A stretch of 64,000 nucleotides of DNA from an uncultured Verrucomicrobiota bacterium (GCA_947305585.1 CAMZDY010000001.1:17599-81598), one strand, 5' to 3'; positions 24,164 through 34,328 are shown, counted from the stretch's first letter. Notes: a model not told the origin generated them from the letters alone. Numbers and translations: made by a program.

Positions 24164-25354
24164 CTACGCCCTGATCCTCCCCACCACGATCGTCGGCACG
24201 TCATCCGTCACCGCGTACGGATCCGCGTAGTAGTATTCCACCGTCTCGCGCCGGTCGCCGGACAGCGCCACCGCGTACTTCGGCCCCATCTCGTGGTACA
24301 CCGTGTCGATACACAGCTTCCGCAACTCGTACACGCCCTTGCCCCACTCCTCCGGACTAAGCCCGCACTCCCGCCGCAGCAGATAGTTCAGCTCGTCGTG
24401 CACGTACCGCCCGGCCGGAATGAACACCTCGCCCTTCTCGCACATGTTCGGCTTGTACTTGAGCATCAGTTCCTGAATCGCCGGGGCGAATTTCCACCGC
24501 ACCACCCGGCCGCTCGATCCTTCCGTCTTGTGCGGCGTGTACACCAGCCACATCGCCCCGTCCTTCATTACGAAGTTCTCGCCCGTCAGCCGGATCACGT
24601 CGTTCGGCCGCATCGCAAACTGGTACACCATCGTCGCGAACGCGAACAGCCGCTGGTTCCTTTCCTCCTGGAGCCCGGTATACCACATGTCAATCTTGTC
24701 CTTCAGCTCTTGCCCCAGCCGCACATAACGCCGCGACTTCGCCGTCCCGCCCAGATCCGGCATCTCCGGCCGCACCACCTTGATTCCCATGTCCTCGTAG
24801 TATTCGTCCGTCCACTTCGCCGTCAGCCGCTGCAGCGCCGCGAGATACGTCTTGACCGTATCTCCCGCCACGCCCCGCGCCTGCAGCCGGTCCAGCACTC
24901 CCCTCAGCGTTCTCCGGTGCATGAGCTTGCGCACGCTGTCGTTTTCGCTCAACCCCGCCGCCACCATCACGTTCCGCGTCCCCAGCTGCGCCGACCGCAC
25001 GCTCTTCAGACTCGGCTTCTCCTTCCCGATCCGCTTCCACCGCCTCTCCACGATCTGGTCGTACGCCGCCATCATCTCGCCGATCGTCGGCACCTTCTTC
25101 TGCCCCTCGTTCTCGTCCCCGCCTAACTCCTGCTGCATCTCGTTGTACCAGCTCAAGTACTCCGCCTCCAGGATCGGCGTCGGCCGCAAACTCCGCGTCC
25201 CCGCTTTCCATCCCTTGACCGCGATCTCCGGATCGAGCTCGCACGTCTTGCTCACCCGCTCCCCGTTTATCATAGCCTGGAAGCGAATGCTCGCCTTGCC
25301 GCCACTGCCCAGCCGAAGCGTCACCCCCGGCCGAAGCGTCACATAGTTTTTCAT
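24164..25354 (-). CDS. int: Tyrosine recombinase / phage integrase, about 396 aa
   Basis: C-terminal catalytic region (…GVYELRKLCIDTVYHEMGPKYAVALSGDRRETVEYYY). Last phage gene before the host junction. Start MKNYVTL preceded by AGGAGAAA. Confidence 0.75.
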   Translation of the reverse strand: MKNYVTLRPGVTLRLGSGGKASIRFQAMINGERVSKTCELDPEIAVKGWKAGTRSLRPTPILEAEYLSWYNEMQQELGGDENEGQKKVPTIGEMMAAYDQIVERRWKRIGKEKPSLKSVRSAQLGTRNVMVAAGLSENDSVRKLMHRRTLRGVLDRLQARGVAGDTVKTYLAALQRLTAKWTDEYYEDMGIKVVRPEMPDLGGTAKSRRYVRLGQELKDKIDMWYTGLQEERNQRLFAFATMVYQFAMRPNDVIRLTGENFVMKDGAMWLVYTPHKTEGSSGRVVRWKFAPAIQELMLKYKPNMCEKGEVFIPAGRYVHDELNYLLRRECGLSPEEWGKGVYELRKLCIDTVYHEMGPKYAVALSGDRRETVEYYYADPYAVTDDVPTIVVGRIRA

Positions 25355-25388
25355 CTCGTTTCTCCTTGGTAGGTTAAGCACCACCTCG

Positions 25389-25463
25389 TTGGGTAATCGT
25401 TGGGTAATTTTGGGTAATTCTACCCCCATTTCCCGACATTTGCCGACACCTTCTTTGGGTAAT
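25389..25463 (-). repeat. Four TTGGGTAAT direct repeats between the int promoter and the int ATG; candidate integrase arm-type sites
   Basis: Copies at 25389-25397, 25400-25408, 25410-25418 and 25455-25463. Confidence 0.5.
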
Positions 25464-25472
25464 GCTACTTAT

Positions 25473-25502
25473 ACTATATCATTTCCTACCGTAAAATGTC
25501 AA
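25473..25502 (-). promoter_or_regulatory. Putative int promoter TTGACA-18-TATAGT (minus strand)
   Basis: Contains the 18-nt element shared with the capsid-operon promoter. Confidence 0.4.
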
Positions 25503-25641
25503 CCCCCAATCATATTTTATTTTTCCCACATGTTCCCCACCCCATCCCGTCCAGATGAGCTACAGGCCCTTAATTGCCGTTCGGATGTATATTATATCAT
25601 AATCCGCGCCGAAAAGTCAAGCCTTTTTCTGACTAATTTCG

Positions 25642-27936
25642 TCACGGATCCAGATAGAAGCGCCAAGCGCGAATACGGCCAGACTTGCTGTCTTGGCGGG
25701 GGGTATAGCGGAAGCCAGCCACCTCCACCTCGGCACCCATGTCGATGACCAGCCAGTGCGGAGGCTTGGGCAGAGCCTTGCTCCAACGCGAATGGTAGAA
25801 ATTGCTGATCTGGCCGTCGATGGCATTTTCGGCCGCACCATCCTCGAGCCCATCCTCCTCGCTGGACACGGAAACGAAATCCCACGAATCATGCGGCACG
25901 CTGCGGCCCTTGGAATCCAGAATCTCGAACTCGGCCACCGCCGCCACGTTCTTGCCGCTCCAGTCGCTATCCATCACGAATGCGAAGCGCCGCGCTTTCT
26001 TGGGGCTTGCCAAACGAACGTCGCGCGCATCGGAGGAATCCGGGAATTCGCCCTTGAGCTCTGGCGTGGCAGGCGGCGTAAACGGCTGCGACTCGCGCTT
26101 GGCGGCCACGATGAAATCGCAATCCGGGTGCATTTCGTCGAGGACGGGTTTATCCACGAAAGTAAGTCCCTCCGTCGGCACATTGCCCGCAAAGTCGAAC
26201 ACCACGAACTCGTTTTCACCCTGTTTGAGCCAACACCCGGGCACAAACATCGTCTGGGTGGGGCCGATGCCCCAGAAACGGCCGAGACCCTGTCCATTAA
26301 CCCACACGAATCCCTTCTGCCAACCGCGCACGAGGAGCCAGGTGTCGGCGGTCGAGGGAAAGTCCACCTTGAAACGTTTGAAAAGACAGGGCTCGTTCTT
26401 CAATGTGGACGAATAGACGATGGAATCAAGGAATTCCCGGGTGGCCGGGGCGGGATAGGCGTTCCAACCTTTGACTGGGGCACCATCGAGCGTGACCGGC
26501 GGCAGGAGCCCCTTCTCGGCATGGTTGATAGCCGTACCGAAGTGATAGCGACCCATGTTGCACACGACTATCGAGAGCATCTTGGTGCCGACCGGAATCT
26601 TGACTCCGCGATTGGCGAATCGCCGGCTCAAAAAGCCCACGTGCTTGCCATCCGCGAAGACCGCCGCCTGGTCGCGCAGGTTGGGCGTTTTGAGGATGCC
26701 GCCCTTGCCGTCCAGCTTGGCGGCGTAGACCATCGCGCCGTAGCCGAGCCCCAGCATCTCCACGGGCAACGGATCTTCCATGAGTTCGCGGTTGGCGGGC
26801 CGGGGGCTCCGGGGCGCGCCGATTTCCGCCTTGGCGGAGCTCTTTAGCGCCTGCACGGGCAAAGGACCGGGAACGGACGGCAATCCAGCCAATTCGGCAG
26901 GCGTCATGTACTTCTTCATGAGCTCCCGGAGCGCAAAAAACTTGGGCGTGGCGCCGCCCTGCTCGTCGATGGGCGCTTCGTAGTCGTAGCTGGAGGTAAT
27001 GGGGGCAAAAGGCGAGTTCTGTCCCGCCCAAACGTCAAAACTGGTGCCGCCATGCGCCATGTAGAGCGAGAAGGACCCGCCTACCGACAGCATGTAGTCG
27101 ATGTCGTCGATCATCTTCTGAACGGGTTTGGTGTGGTGGCGCTGTCCCCAAGTATCGTACCAGGCGGGATAATATTCGCCGCACATCAAAGGTCCGCGCG
27201 GTTGCACTGCGCGAAGTTTCTCGAAGGCATTCGTGGGGTTGGTGCCGAAATTGACCACCTTGACCGTTTCGGGAATGACACCTTTGGTGAGATGATAGGC
27301 GGGGTTGCAGGTGAAGATCGGCACCTCGAACCCGGCTTCGCGCAGCACTTTGTAGATGGCGCGGATATATTCGCCGTCATTGCCGAAGAATCCGTACTCG
27401 TTCTCGTCCTGCACCATCAGGATGGGACCGCCGCGCGTAACCTGAAGATCCTTGAGCTCGTCCGCCACGCGGGTCAGATATTCCTTGACCGGCCCCATGA
27501 AAGCGGGATCGCGCGTACGCAGCTTCACTTTGTCCGCACCTTTGTCGAGAAGCCACCAGGGGAAACCGCCGAACTCCCATTCGGCGCAAGCGTAGGGGCC
27601 GGGACGGAGAATCACCCAAAGTCCTTCTTCTTGGGCCAGGCGACAGAACTCGGCCACGTCACGATTGCCGGAAAAGTCGAACCGGCCGCGCTCGGGCTGA
27701 TGGTAATTCCAGAAAAGATACGCGCAGACGGTATTTAGACCCATCGCCTTGCACATCTGGAGGCGCTGCCGCCAATATGGACGCGGCACGCGGGCGAAAT
27801 GCATCTCTCCGCAACGGATCTGGAACATCTCGCCGTCGAGAATGAATGCGTCGCGTTCGGACGAAACCTCGAACGTGTGTTTGACGGGGGCGATAGCGGA
27901 AGCGAAAACAATAGCGGACATGGCGATCAGGTTCAT
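25642..27936 (-). CDS. Secreted GH35 beta-galactosidase with a C-terminal discoidin-like domain, 764 aa
   Basis: Signal peptide and GH35 core (RPGPYACAEWEFGGFPWWL). Confidence 0.85.
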   Translation of the reverse strand: MNLIAMSAIVFASAIAPVKHTFEVSSERDAFILDGEMFQIRCGEMHFARVPRPYWRQRLQMCKAMGLNTVCAYLFWNYHQPERGRFDFSGNRDVAEFCRLAQEEGLWVILRPGPYACAEWEFGGFPWWLLDKGADKVKLRTRDPAFMGPVKEYLTRVADELKDLQVTRGGPILMVQDENEYGFFGNDGEYIRAIYKVLREAGFEVPIFTCNPAYHLTKGVIPETVKVVNFGTNPTNAFEKLRAVQPRGPLMCGEYYPAWYDTWGQRHHTKPVQKMIDDIDYMLSVGGSFSLYMAHGGTSFDVWAGQNSPFAPITSSYDYEAPIDEQGGATPKFFALRELMKKYMTPAELAGLPSVPGPLPVQALKSSAKAEIGAPRSPRPANRELMEDPLPVEMLGLGYGAMVYAAKLDGKGGILKTPNLRDQAAVFADGKHVGFLSRRFANRGVKIPVGTKMLSIVVCNMGRYHFGTAINHAEKGLLPPVTLDGAPVKGWNAYPAPATREFLDSIVYSSTLKNEPCLFKRFKVDFPSTADTWLLVRGWQKGFVWVNGQGLGRFWGIGPTQTMFVPGCWLKQGENEFVVFDFAGNVPTEGLTFVDKPVLDEMHPDCDFIVAAKRESQPFTPPATPELKGEFPDSSDARDVRLASPKKARRFAFVMDSDWSGKNVAAVAEFEILDSKGRSVPHDSWDFVSVSSEEDGLEDGAAENAIDGQISNFYHSRWSKALPKPPHWLVIDMGAEVEVAGFRYTPRQDSKSGRIRAWRFYLDP

Positions 27937-27961
27937 GCGGTACTCCTCTTTCTGGTTCGGT

Positions 27962-28660
27962 TCAAAGAAATCTGGCGATCAGCGCGATAAGCGCGGTGTC
28001 GGTGCGGAGAATCCGGGGGCCGAGCGAATAGCGCAAAAAGCCAGCCGCCTCCAACGCCTCCACCTCCCCTTCCGTCCAGCCGCCTTCGGGGCCTATCGCG
28101 AAAACGACATTCGCACCGGAATTACGCGGAGGAAGCGGCGCTGGATTTCCATAGGGATGGGCCACGAGTTTGAGACCGTCCATCCGCTCCAGCTTCGGCA
28201 ACAGGCGACGGAAACTGCGTTCAACCGAAATCGTCGGCAGAATGCTTGTGCCGGATTGCTGGAGCCCTTCGACAAGAAACGGCCGATAATTCTCCGGTTT
28301 CAAGATGGTGGCGCCCCAAAAATCCTTCTCCACCTTGTTGGCCCCAATAAGGAAAAGTCGACGCAACCCAAGCGCGGCAAGTTGAGGCAATATGCGCTTG
28401 AACACACGGGGACGAGGTGGTGCAAGAACGAGATCGAACCATGGTTCCGGGCCGGAGTCGCCAGTCTCTACCGCCACCGCAACCTCGCCGTCTTCAATGG
28501 CAAGAATTTTGCCCGCACCGATTTTGCCGTCAATCACACCCACCTTGAGCACCTGTCCCGCCTCGCCATGCAACACCTCAAGAATATGCCGTGCGCGAGC
28601 GTCGTAGATTTTCGCCACGCCATCCTTGATTTCTTCCGGCTCGAACAAAATGCGGTTCAT
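27962..28660 (-). CDS. rsmE: 16S rRNA (uracil1498-N3)-methyltransferase RsmE
   Basis: RsmE-like PUA and SPOUT domain pattern. Its start overlaps the mutS stop. Confidence 0.7.
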   Translation of the reverse strand: MNRILFEPEEIKDGVAKIYDARARHILEVLHGEAGQVLKVGVIDGKIGAGKILAIEDGEVAVAVETGDSGPEPWFDLVLAPPRPRVFKRILPQLAALGLRRLFLIGANKVEKDFWGATILKPENYRPFLVEGLQQSGTSILPTISVERSFRRLLPKLERMDGLKLVAHPYGNPAPLPPRNSGANVVFAIGPEGGWTEGEVEALEAAGFLRYSLGPRILRTDTALIALIARFL

Positions 28661-31023
28661 CAGAAAAACGTCATCTGCCCCGGCAGTTCCGAGAGTTTCC
28701 GGCGGGGACGGCGCACCACGCGCGACTGTCCCGACACGTCGATTTCGTTGGCCTCTAAGTTGGATAGAATCTCGCCGGCACGCGCCACCACCTCTTGCGG
28801 GAGCCCGGCCATCGCACCCACGTTAATGCCGAAGCTTTTCTCCGCCACGCCGGGAACGATCCGGCGGAGAAACACCACGCGACCCTGTTCTTCCTTTACG
28901 CGCACGGTGTAGTTCTTTATGCCGGGGAAAAGGTCGGTGAGATCGGTAAGCTCGTGATAATGGGTGGCAAAGAGCGTCTTGGCCTTGCTCTCGGTACGTC
29001 CGTAAAGATACTCCGCCACCGACCAGGCTATGGAAATGCCGTCGAACGTACTGGTGCCGCGCCCGATCTCGTCCAGCACGATAAGCGACTTTCGCGTGGC
29101 GTTGTTGAGGATATTGGCCGTTTCCTGCATCTCCACGAGGAACGTGGAGCGTCCGCGCGAAAGATCGTCCCCCGCGCCTATGCGGGTGAATACGCGATCC
29201 AAAACTCCGAGCCGCATGCAGGAAGCCGGCACGAAACTTCCAATCTGCGCCATGATGGCAATGGTGGCCACCTGACGGATGTAGGTGGACTTGCCGGCCA
29301 TGTTGGGGCCGGTAATAAGCATGATCTGGTTGTCCGAACAATCGAGAAACGTGGAGTTCGGCACAAACGGTTCGGCATCGGGCAACTGCTCGATGATAGG
29401 ATGGCGACCGTCCTTGATCTCGAGAATGTCGCTTGAGTCGATCACTGGACGCACGTAACCGGCCGCGAGCGCGCGATCGGACAAACTCAAGATCGCATCC
29501 AGCTCGCCCAACTTCAAGGCCGTCTCCTGAATGGCGGCAGTGCGCAGATTCACGGAGTCCGCTATTTCCTTGTAAAGCTGCTGCTCAAGCGCAATGGCCT
29601 TGCCGGTGGCGCCCAGCACCTTTTCTTCGTATTCCCTCAATTCCGGCGTGACAAACCGCTCGCCCGTAATCAACGTCTGCCGGCGCTGATATTCCGGCGG
29701 CGCCAAATGGGCCAAGGACTTGGTGATCTCGATCACAAAACCGAAATTCTTGACATACTTCACCTTGAGCGACTTTATGCCGGTACGCTCCTGTTCCTTC
29801 GTCTGATATTCCGCGAGCCAGGAATGGCCGTCGCGGGCAATGGCGCGAAGTTCGTCCAGTTCGGCACTGTAGCCCGACGCGATAAACCCGCCTTCCGACA
29901 ACATTACGGCGGGTTCGGGGGCGATGGCATGGTCTATGAGATCCACAATGCCGGGCTCTCCGGTCAAAACATCGCCAACAAGCGGATTTATTGCGGGAAT
30001 CGGCCGGAGCGACTCCGCCAACGCCTTGAGGTCGCGAGGATTGGCGCGGCCCGCAGAAACCTTGGCTACAAGCCGGTCGAGATCGCGCACGCCGGAGAGA
30101 AGTTTGCGCAAAGTCCCCAGCGCCGCGCGGTCTCCCATAAAACGCTCTACCTTGTCCAGCCGGGCGTTGATGGCTTCCGGCAAGGCAAGAGGATGCAGGA
30201 TCCAATTCCGGATCGTTCGCGCACCCATCGGAGTTTTGGTGGCGTCAAGTACGCCAAGAAGCGATGCCTCTTTCGCCACCTCGCCTCCCGGCACCAGCTG
30301 GAGATGGCGACAGGTGGAAGCATCCAACACCAGCGCGTCGGACGCTGATACTACCCGTATCTTGCGGATATGGGAGATGGAGTGATGAAGCGTAACACCT
30401 ACATAATGGAGCAACGCCCCGGCCGCGCAAACGAGATCGGGATCTTCAAGACCGAATCCATCGAGACTTGCCACCTTAAAATGGCGCAACAACGTTTCCC
30501 TGGCCATGTCCAACGCGAAAGTCCAGGCGTTCTCTTCAGTCTTCGCCAGCGTCTCCATCGGCGAATAGCGCTCCACCGCACCGCCTTTCTCGCACAAAAA
30601 TTCGCCGGTCGCGAGATCCAGGAGCGCAATGCCCGAACCATATACCGACGCTAAATAGTTGGAACGGGTTTCGTCCATGATACCGTCTTCGGTGACGGTA
30701 CCGGGCGTGACGATGCGAGTCACTTCGCGCCGGACGAGCCCTTTGGCGAGTTTGGGATCCTCCACCTGGTCGCACAGGGCGGCCGTCTTGCCGGCGCGAA
30801 TAAGTTTGGAAAGATATCCGTTGAGCGCATGATATGGCACACCGCACATTGGCATGTCGCCGCGGTGCGTGAGCGTAGCCCCCAGAATGGGCGAGGCCAC
30901 AATGGCATCCTCGCCAAACATTTCGTAGAAATCGCCCAACCGGAACATGACGATCGCACCCGGCGGAACTTCGCGCTTGATCGCGAAGTACTGGCGCATC
31001 ATTGGGGTGAGCTCGGCCGCCAT
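28660..31023 (-). CDS. mutS: DNA mismatch repair protein MutS
   Basis: Walker A (GPNMAGKST) and the conserved MutS domain order. Confidence 0.9.
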   Translation of the reverse strand: MAAELTPMMRQYFAIKREVPPGAIVMFRLGDFYEMFGEDAIVASPILGATLTHRGDMPMCGVPYHALNGYLSKLIRAGKTAALCDQVEDPKLAKGLVRREVTRIVTPGTVTEDGIMDETRSNYLASVYGSGIALLDLATGEFLCEKGGAVERYSPMETLAKTEENAWTFALDMARETLLRHFKVASLDGFGLEDPDLVCAAGALLHYVGVTLHHSISHIRKIRVVSASDALVLDASTCRHLQLVPGGEVAKEASLLGVLDATKTPMGARTIRNWILHPLALPEAINARLDKVERFMGDRAALGTLRKLLSGVRDLDRLVAKVSAGRANPRDLKALAESLRPIPAINPLVGDVLTGEPGIVDLIDHAIAPEPAVMLSEGGFIASGYSAELDELRAIARDGHSWLAEYQTKEQERTGIKSLKVKYVKNFGFVIEITKSLAHLAPPEYQRRQTLITGERFVTPELREYEEKVLGATGKAIALEQQLYKEIADSVNLRTAAIQETALKLGELDAILSLSDRALAAGYVRPVIDSSDILEIKDGRHPIIEQLPDAEPFVPNSTFLDCSDNQIMLITGPNMAGKSTYIRQVATIAIMAQIGSFVPASCMRLGVLDRVFTRIGAGDDLSRGRSTFLVEMQETANILNNATRKSLIVLDEIGRGTSTFDGISIAWSVAEYLYGRTESKAKTLFATHYHELTDLTDLFPGIKNYTVRVKEEQGRVVFLRRIVPGVAEKSFGINVGAMAGLPQEVVARAGEILSNLEANEIDVSGQSRVVRRPRRKLSELPGQMTFF

Positions 31024-31025
31024 CT

Positions 31026-32126
31026 TCAGCGATGCTTCCAGAATACGCGGATGCCGGCCACGAGGAAGATGAGATATGGCAACACGGCCGCCGGAACGGG
31101 CCAGAGGAGACCCAAACTGGCAAGCACCATCCCTCCAATTACGATGCCGTAGAAAAGGAAGTACATGCCAAGCGCCCCCAAGATGCCCTTAAACACGCTC
31201 TGACGTCCTGACGCCACCCCGGCGGGAATGGCGATAAGCACGATAAGTACGCAGGCCCATGGCGCCAGAATACGCGAACAGATGTCGTACATGTACTGGT
31301 CGCGCTGGGGCCCGGCGATATCCTTGCGGGTCTGGAGAAAATGGAGCATGTCGCGAATTGAATTGTAGGCCCAGGCGCGGTTCTGCAGGATAAAATCCAT
31401 CGGACGCTCGGTAAACTGAGGGAAATTGCGGTATGGAAGCGCGTCCAATTCCGGGGTTGGAGTGGCTATTTCCGAACCGGCAGCGTCGTAATGCTGAACC
31501 TTCGCGTTGGTGAACCACCACTGTCCGTCCAGATACTCCGCCTTTTCGGCCGTAACCGTCATCAGCCGGGTGCCGCCCAACGGACGGTCAACCGCCACTT
31601 TGACGTCTTTCAGGATGTAGCCGTCGTCATCGCCGAAGGAGTCTACCGTCCAAGTGCGCGAATCGGCGGCATTGCGGAAGATGATGTTGTCTGAAGCCTT
31701 CATCTCCGCTTGCACGAAACGGGCATTCTTGAATTGGACCGCCCATTGCGCGGTGGCGGGCACGAAACTCTCGTTCACCCAATAGACGAAGCCGGCCATA
31801 AGTGCCGCCACGAGCAACATCGGAAATGAAATAGACAGGAAACTGATGCCGTTGGCGCGCATGGCCACGAGCTCGGAATGGCGGCAGAACGACCACATGG
31901 TATAGAGCGCCGCCAACATCAGCGCGGCCGGCGCAAGATAGTGGAAATAAGGCCCCAGATAGGCGAGGAAATACTTTACGAGCGTCCAGGCGTCGGCATC
32001 GGAAGCAATGATGCGGGAGAACGATCCAAACAGTTCGAAGAGAACATAGATCGAAATGAACCCAGTCAGACAGTAGAAAAGCGGAATCAGATATTCCCGC
32101 AATATGTAACGGCTCAAGATTCGCAT
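31026..32126 (-). CDS. LptF/LptG-family LPS export permease (YjgP/YjgQ)
   Basis: Start MRILSRYILREY, multi-transmembrane permease with a periplasmic beta-jellyroll region. Confidence 0.7.
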   Translation of the reverse strand: MRILSRYILREYLIPLFYCLTGFISIYVLFELFGSFSRIIASDADAWTLVKYFLAYLGPYFHYLAPAALMLAALYTMWSFCRHSELVAMRANGISFLSISFPMLLVAALMAGFVYWVNESFVPATAQWAVQFKNARFVQAEMKASDNIIFRNAADSRTWTVDSFGDDDGYILKDVKVAVDRPLGGTRLMTVTAEKAEYLDGQWWFTNAKVQHYDAAGSEIATPTPELDALPYRNFPQFTERPMDFILQNRAWAYNSIRDMLHFLQTRKDIAGPQRDQYMYDICSRILAPWACVLIVLIAIPAGVASGRQSVFKGILGALGMYFLFYGIVIGGMVLASLGLLWPVPAAVLPYLIFLVAGIRVFWKHR

Positions 32127-33040
32127 AGCGCCCCCGTAAGTTCGCCGACCGATTCGAAACCGTGGCGTTCGCAATAGTCCAAGATACCGTCATAAACCTT
32201 GGCGGCGGTATCCGGCGCGGAGAAAGTGGCGGTACCTATAGCCACCGCACTCGCCCCGGCGAGAAGAAACTCGATTGCATCCTTGGCTTCGTAGACGCCA
32301 CCCATCGCGAGAATGGGGAGTTTCGAAACCTTGTGCGCGTCGTATACCACCTTGACGGCCGCCGGATGCACGCAGCGTCCGCTCAATCCGCCGGTCCGGT
32401 TGCCCAGCACGGGAACGCGCTTTTCGATATCGATCACCATCGCCGGGATCGTATTGATGAGACTCAACGCGTCCGCCCCCGCATCTTCGCACGCCTTCAC
32501 GTAGGGCGCAATGGAGGGAACGTTGGGCGCGAGTTTCACGACGAGCGGCAAACTGGTGGCGGCACGGACCTTGGAAACCACCGAAAAAAGCACCCTGGGG
32601 TCCTGACCGAAAGTATGTCCGCCCGCCTTGACGTTGGGACAGGAAACGTTCATCTCGAGGGCACCTATCTGCGGTTTGCCGGCGGCGGAAAGCGTTTCGG
32701 CCACCTGGGCGTATTCGTCCTCCGATCCGCCCCAGATGTTGACGATGACCGGCGGCGCGTTCTTGACCAGGGAATAGAGCATCATATCGCGTTCAAGGAA
32801 GTGCTTCACCCCCATCCCCTGGAGCCCGATCGCGTTTACGAGCCCACCGGGCACTTCGGCGTGGCGCATCATGGCGTTCCCGGGCCAAGGCTCCATTCTC
32901 ACCCCTTTGGCGGTTACCGCGCCCAGTTTGGAGTAGTCCACGATGTCGCGGTACTCGTGTCCGTAGCCAAACGTGCCGGACGCGGTGGCCACCGGACTCC
33001 TCATCGCAAGCCCGCCGAGATTGACAGCCATGTTCACCAT
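32114..33040 (-). CDS. pyrD: Dihydroorotate dehydrogenase catalytic subunit (class 1B PyrD), 308 aa
   Basis: Start MVNMAVNLGG overlaps the pyrK stop by 7 nt. The track's 460-aa extension was rejected. Confidence 0.85.
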   Translation of the reverse strand: MVNMAVNLGGLAMRSPVATASGTFGYGHEYRDIVDYSKLGAVTAKGVRMEPWPGNAMMRHAEVPGGLVNAIGLQGMGVKHFLERDMMLYSLVKNAPPVIVNIWGGSEDEYAQVAETLSAAGKPQIGALEMNVSCPNVKAGGHTFGQDPRVLFSVVSKVRAATSLPLVVKLAPNVPSIAPYVKACEDAGADALSLINTIPAMVIDIEKRVPVLGNRTGGLSGRCVHPAAVKVVYDAHKVSKLPILAMGGVYEAKDAIEFLLAGASAVAIGTATFSAPDTAAKVYDGILDYCERHGFESVGELTGALCES

Positions 33041-33798
33041 ACCAGTTCCTCCGCTTTGAACACCGGCCCTTCGATACAACAACGCGAATTGCCGCGAACC
33101 GTTTTCTGGATGCAGGCGAAACAGGCGCCCATACCGCAAATCATATGGCGATCTACGGATATCCAGCCTGGAACCTTGAGCGCAAGCGCCCTTTCCGTAA
33201 CCGCTTTCAAAAGTCCGTCCGGCCCGCAGGTAAAGAGCTCGAACTTCTCGCCCTTCGCGCGCAATTCGTTGATGGTTTCGTCCAGCGGTCCCACCACGAA
33301 ACCTTTGTAACCGAGAGATCCATCGTTGGTGGACACCTTCGTTTCCACGCCCAACGCCTCGAACTTGTCCAGCGCCAAAAGATCGTCTTTGGTGCGCCCG
33401 CCCACGAACAGGATGGACCTGGGAAGTCGCTTCGCGAGGAAATGAAGCGGAGCCACGCCGAATCCGCCGCCAACGAGCAACGCCACGCCATCGCACTTGG
33501 CCGGGAAACCTCGTCCGAGCGGACCTTGGATCTCCACCGTCTCTCCGGGTTGCACCTTGGAAAGCGCGGCCGTACCGCGGCCAACCTCTTTGTATAGCAC
33601 GGTCACTTTGCCGTCTTGGGCGTCAAACACGGAAAAAGGCCGACGCAACGCCGACATCTCCAGCGTCGGCACCCGGATATGCACAAACTGTCCAGGTTGC
33701 ATCTCGGCCGCCTGCTTGGGCGCTTCCACCGTAAGATACCGGTATCCGGCGGAAAACTCCCGGTTCTCCAGCACTTTGGCCGTTTCATTATATTTCAT
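33034..33798 (-). CDS. pyrK: Dihydroorotate dehydrogenase electron-transfer subunit PyrK
   Basis: FAD/NAD-binding domain plus a C-terminal CxxC...C Fe-S motif (CGMGACFAC). Confidence 0.8.
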   Translation of the reverse strand: MKYNETAKVLENREFSAGYRYLTVEAPKQAAEMQPGQFVHIRVPTLEMSALRRPFSVFDAQDGKVTVLYKEVGRGTAALSKVQPGETVEIQGPLGRGFPAKCDGVALLVGGGFGVAPLHFLAKRLPRSILFVGGRTKDDLLALDKFEALGVETKVSTNDGSLGYKGFVVGPLDETINELRAKGEKFELFTCGPDGLLKAVTERALALKVPGWISVDRHMICGMGACFACIQKTVRGNSRCCIEGPVFKAEELVW

Positions 33799-34328
33799 GG
33801 CGCTGCATGACTCCTTTAAGCCCCTTCCACATTTCACGTTTCCGGGACTGCACTTCAGGCGCGTCCACCCCAAGGCGAACGAACAATTCCGGCGAATAGG
33901 TTACGTAGACGTTGGGATGGCGGGGCAGGTAGTTCCCGGGGCCCGTCCGTTCGTCGGGGAAAAACTTGCGGTTCGCCTCCGAGCCCAAGACCACATACAC
34001 CCGGGCGTCCGGCAATGGCCCCTCGACCACCGTCGTCGGCTCGATCTTCAATGCCGCCGCAATCTTGCACACTATTTCCGCCGCCTGGGACGAAAGCGGC
34101 GCGTGATGCAGAAAGACCACTTTCGTTCGCATTCCAGACGGTCTGACCGCGGCCGCGGCAACCGCCGGAGAAGAAACCGTCTTCTCCGGCTCGGGCAAAT
34201 GGCGGAAATTCCGCGCTTCGGCCGGACGCCGGAACGCGGACATATCCACCGCCACCGTCCGCTCGCCAAGCGTGCGCGACAATTTAAGCTCCGCTTCGAG
34301 CGAGCAAAGGATAAAATCCTTTACGGTC
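33788..34328 (-). CDS. Conserved hypothetical protein, about 180 aa from a GTG overlapping the galE stop (GTGA)
   Basis: Rossmann-like VVLGSEA segment. No family assigned. Confidence 0.3.

Larger units (their letters stand above)
1..25641 (-). mobile_element. Integrated temperate prophage; the left end lies beyond the window
   Basis: Contiguous minus-strand phage modules in canonical order (int, immunity, early, replication, packaging, head, tail fibre, DGR, lysis). Int-proximal TTGGGTAAT repeats abut the host beta-galactosidase gene. Confidence 0.75.

Noticed and set aside
19001-25640. Treating 19001-25640 as a definite nested satellite element.
   Set aside because: Kept only as an alternative hypothesis in the findings. 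The left-to-right module order (lysis, tail, head, packaging, replication, early, immunity, int) is that of a single temperate phage, and no second replication or packaging function lies inside the segment.
25355-25641. Search for a tRNA or tmRNA at the prophage boundary as the att target.
   Set aside because: No cloverleaf-compatible sequence or conserved T-loop (GTTCRANYC) context was found. The junction abuts the 3' end of a protein-coding gene instead.
32114-33496. 460-aa version of pyrD and the 471-aa version of the sugar-phosphate isomerase (53882-55297).
   Set aside because: The N-terminal extensions are Arg/Gly-rich and overlap upstream genes. Internal starts (MVNMAVN..., MRLSLSTNWF) align with family N-termini and overlap upstream stops in the usual coupled arrangement.
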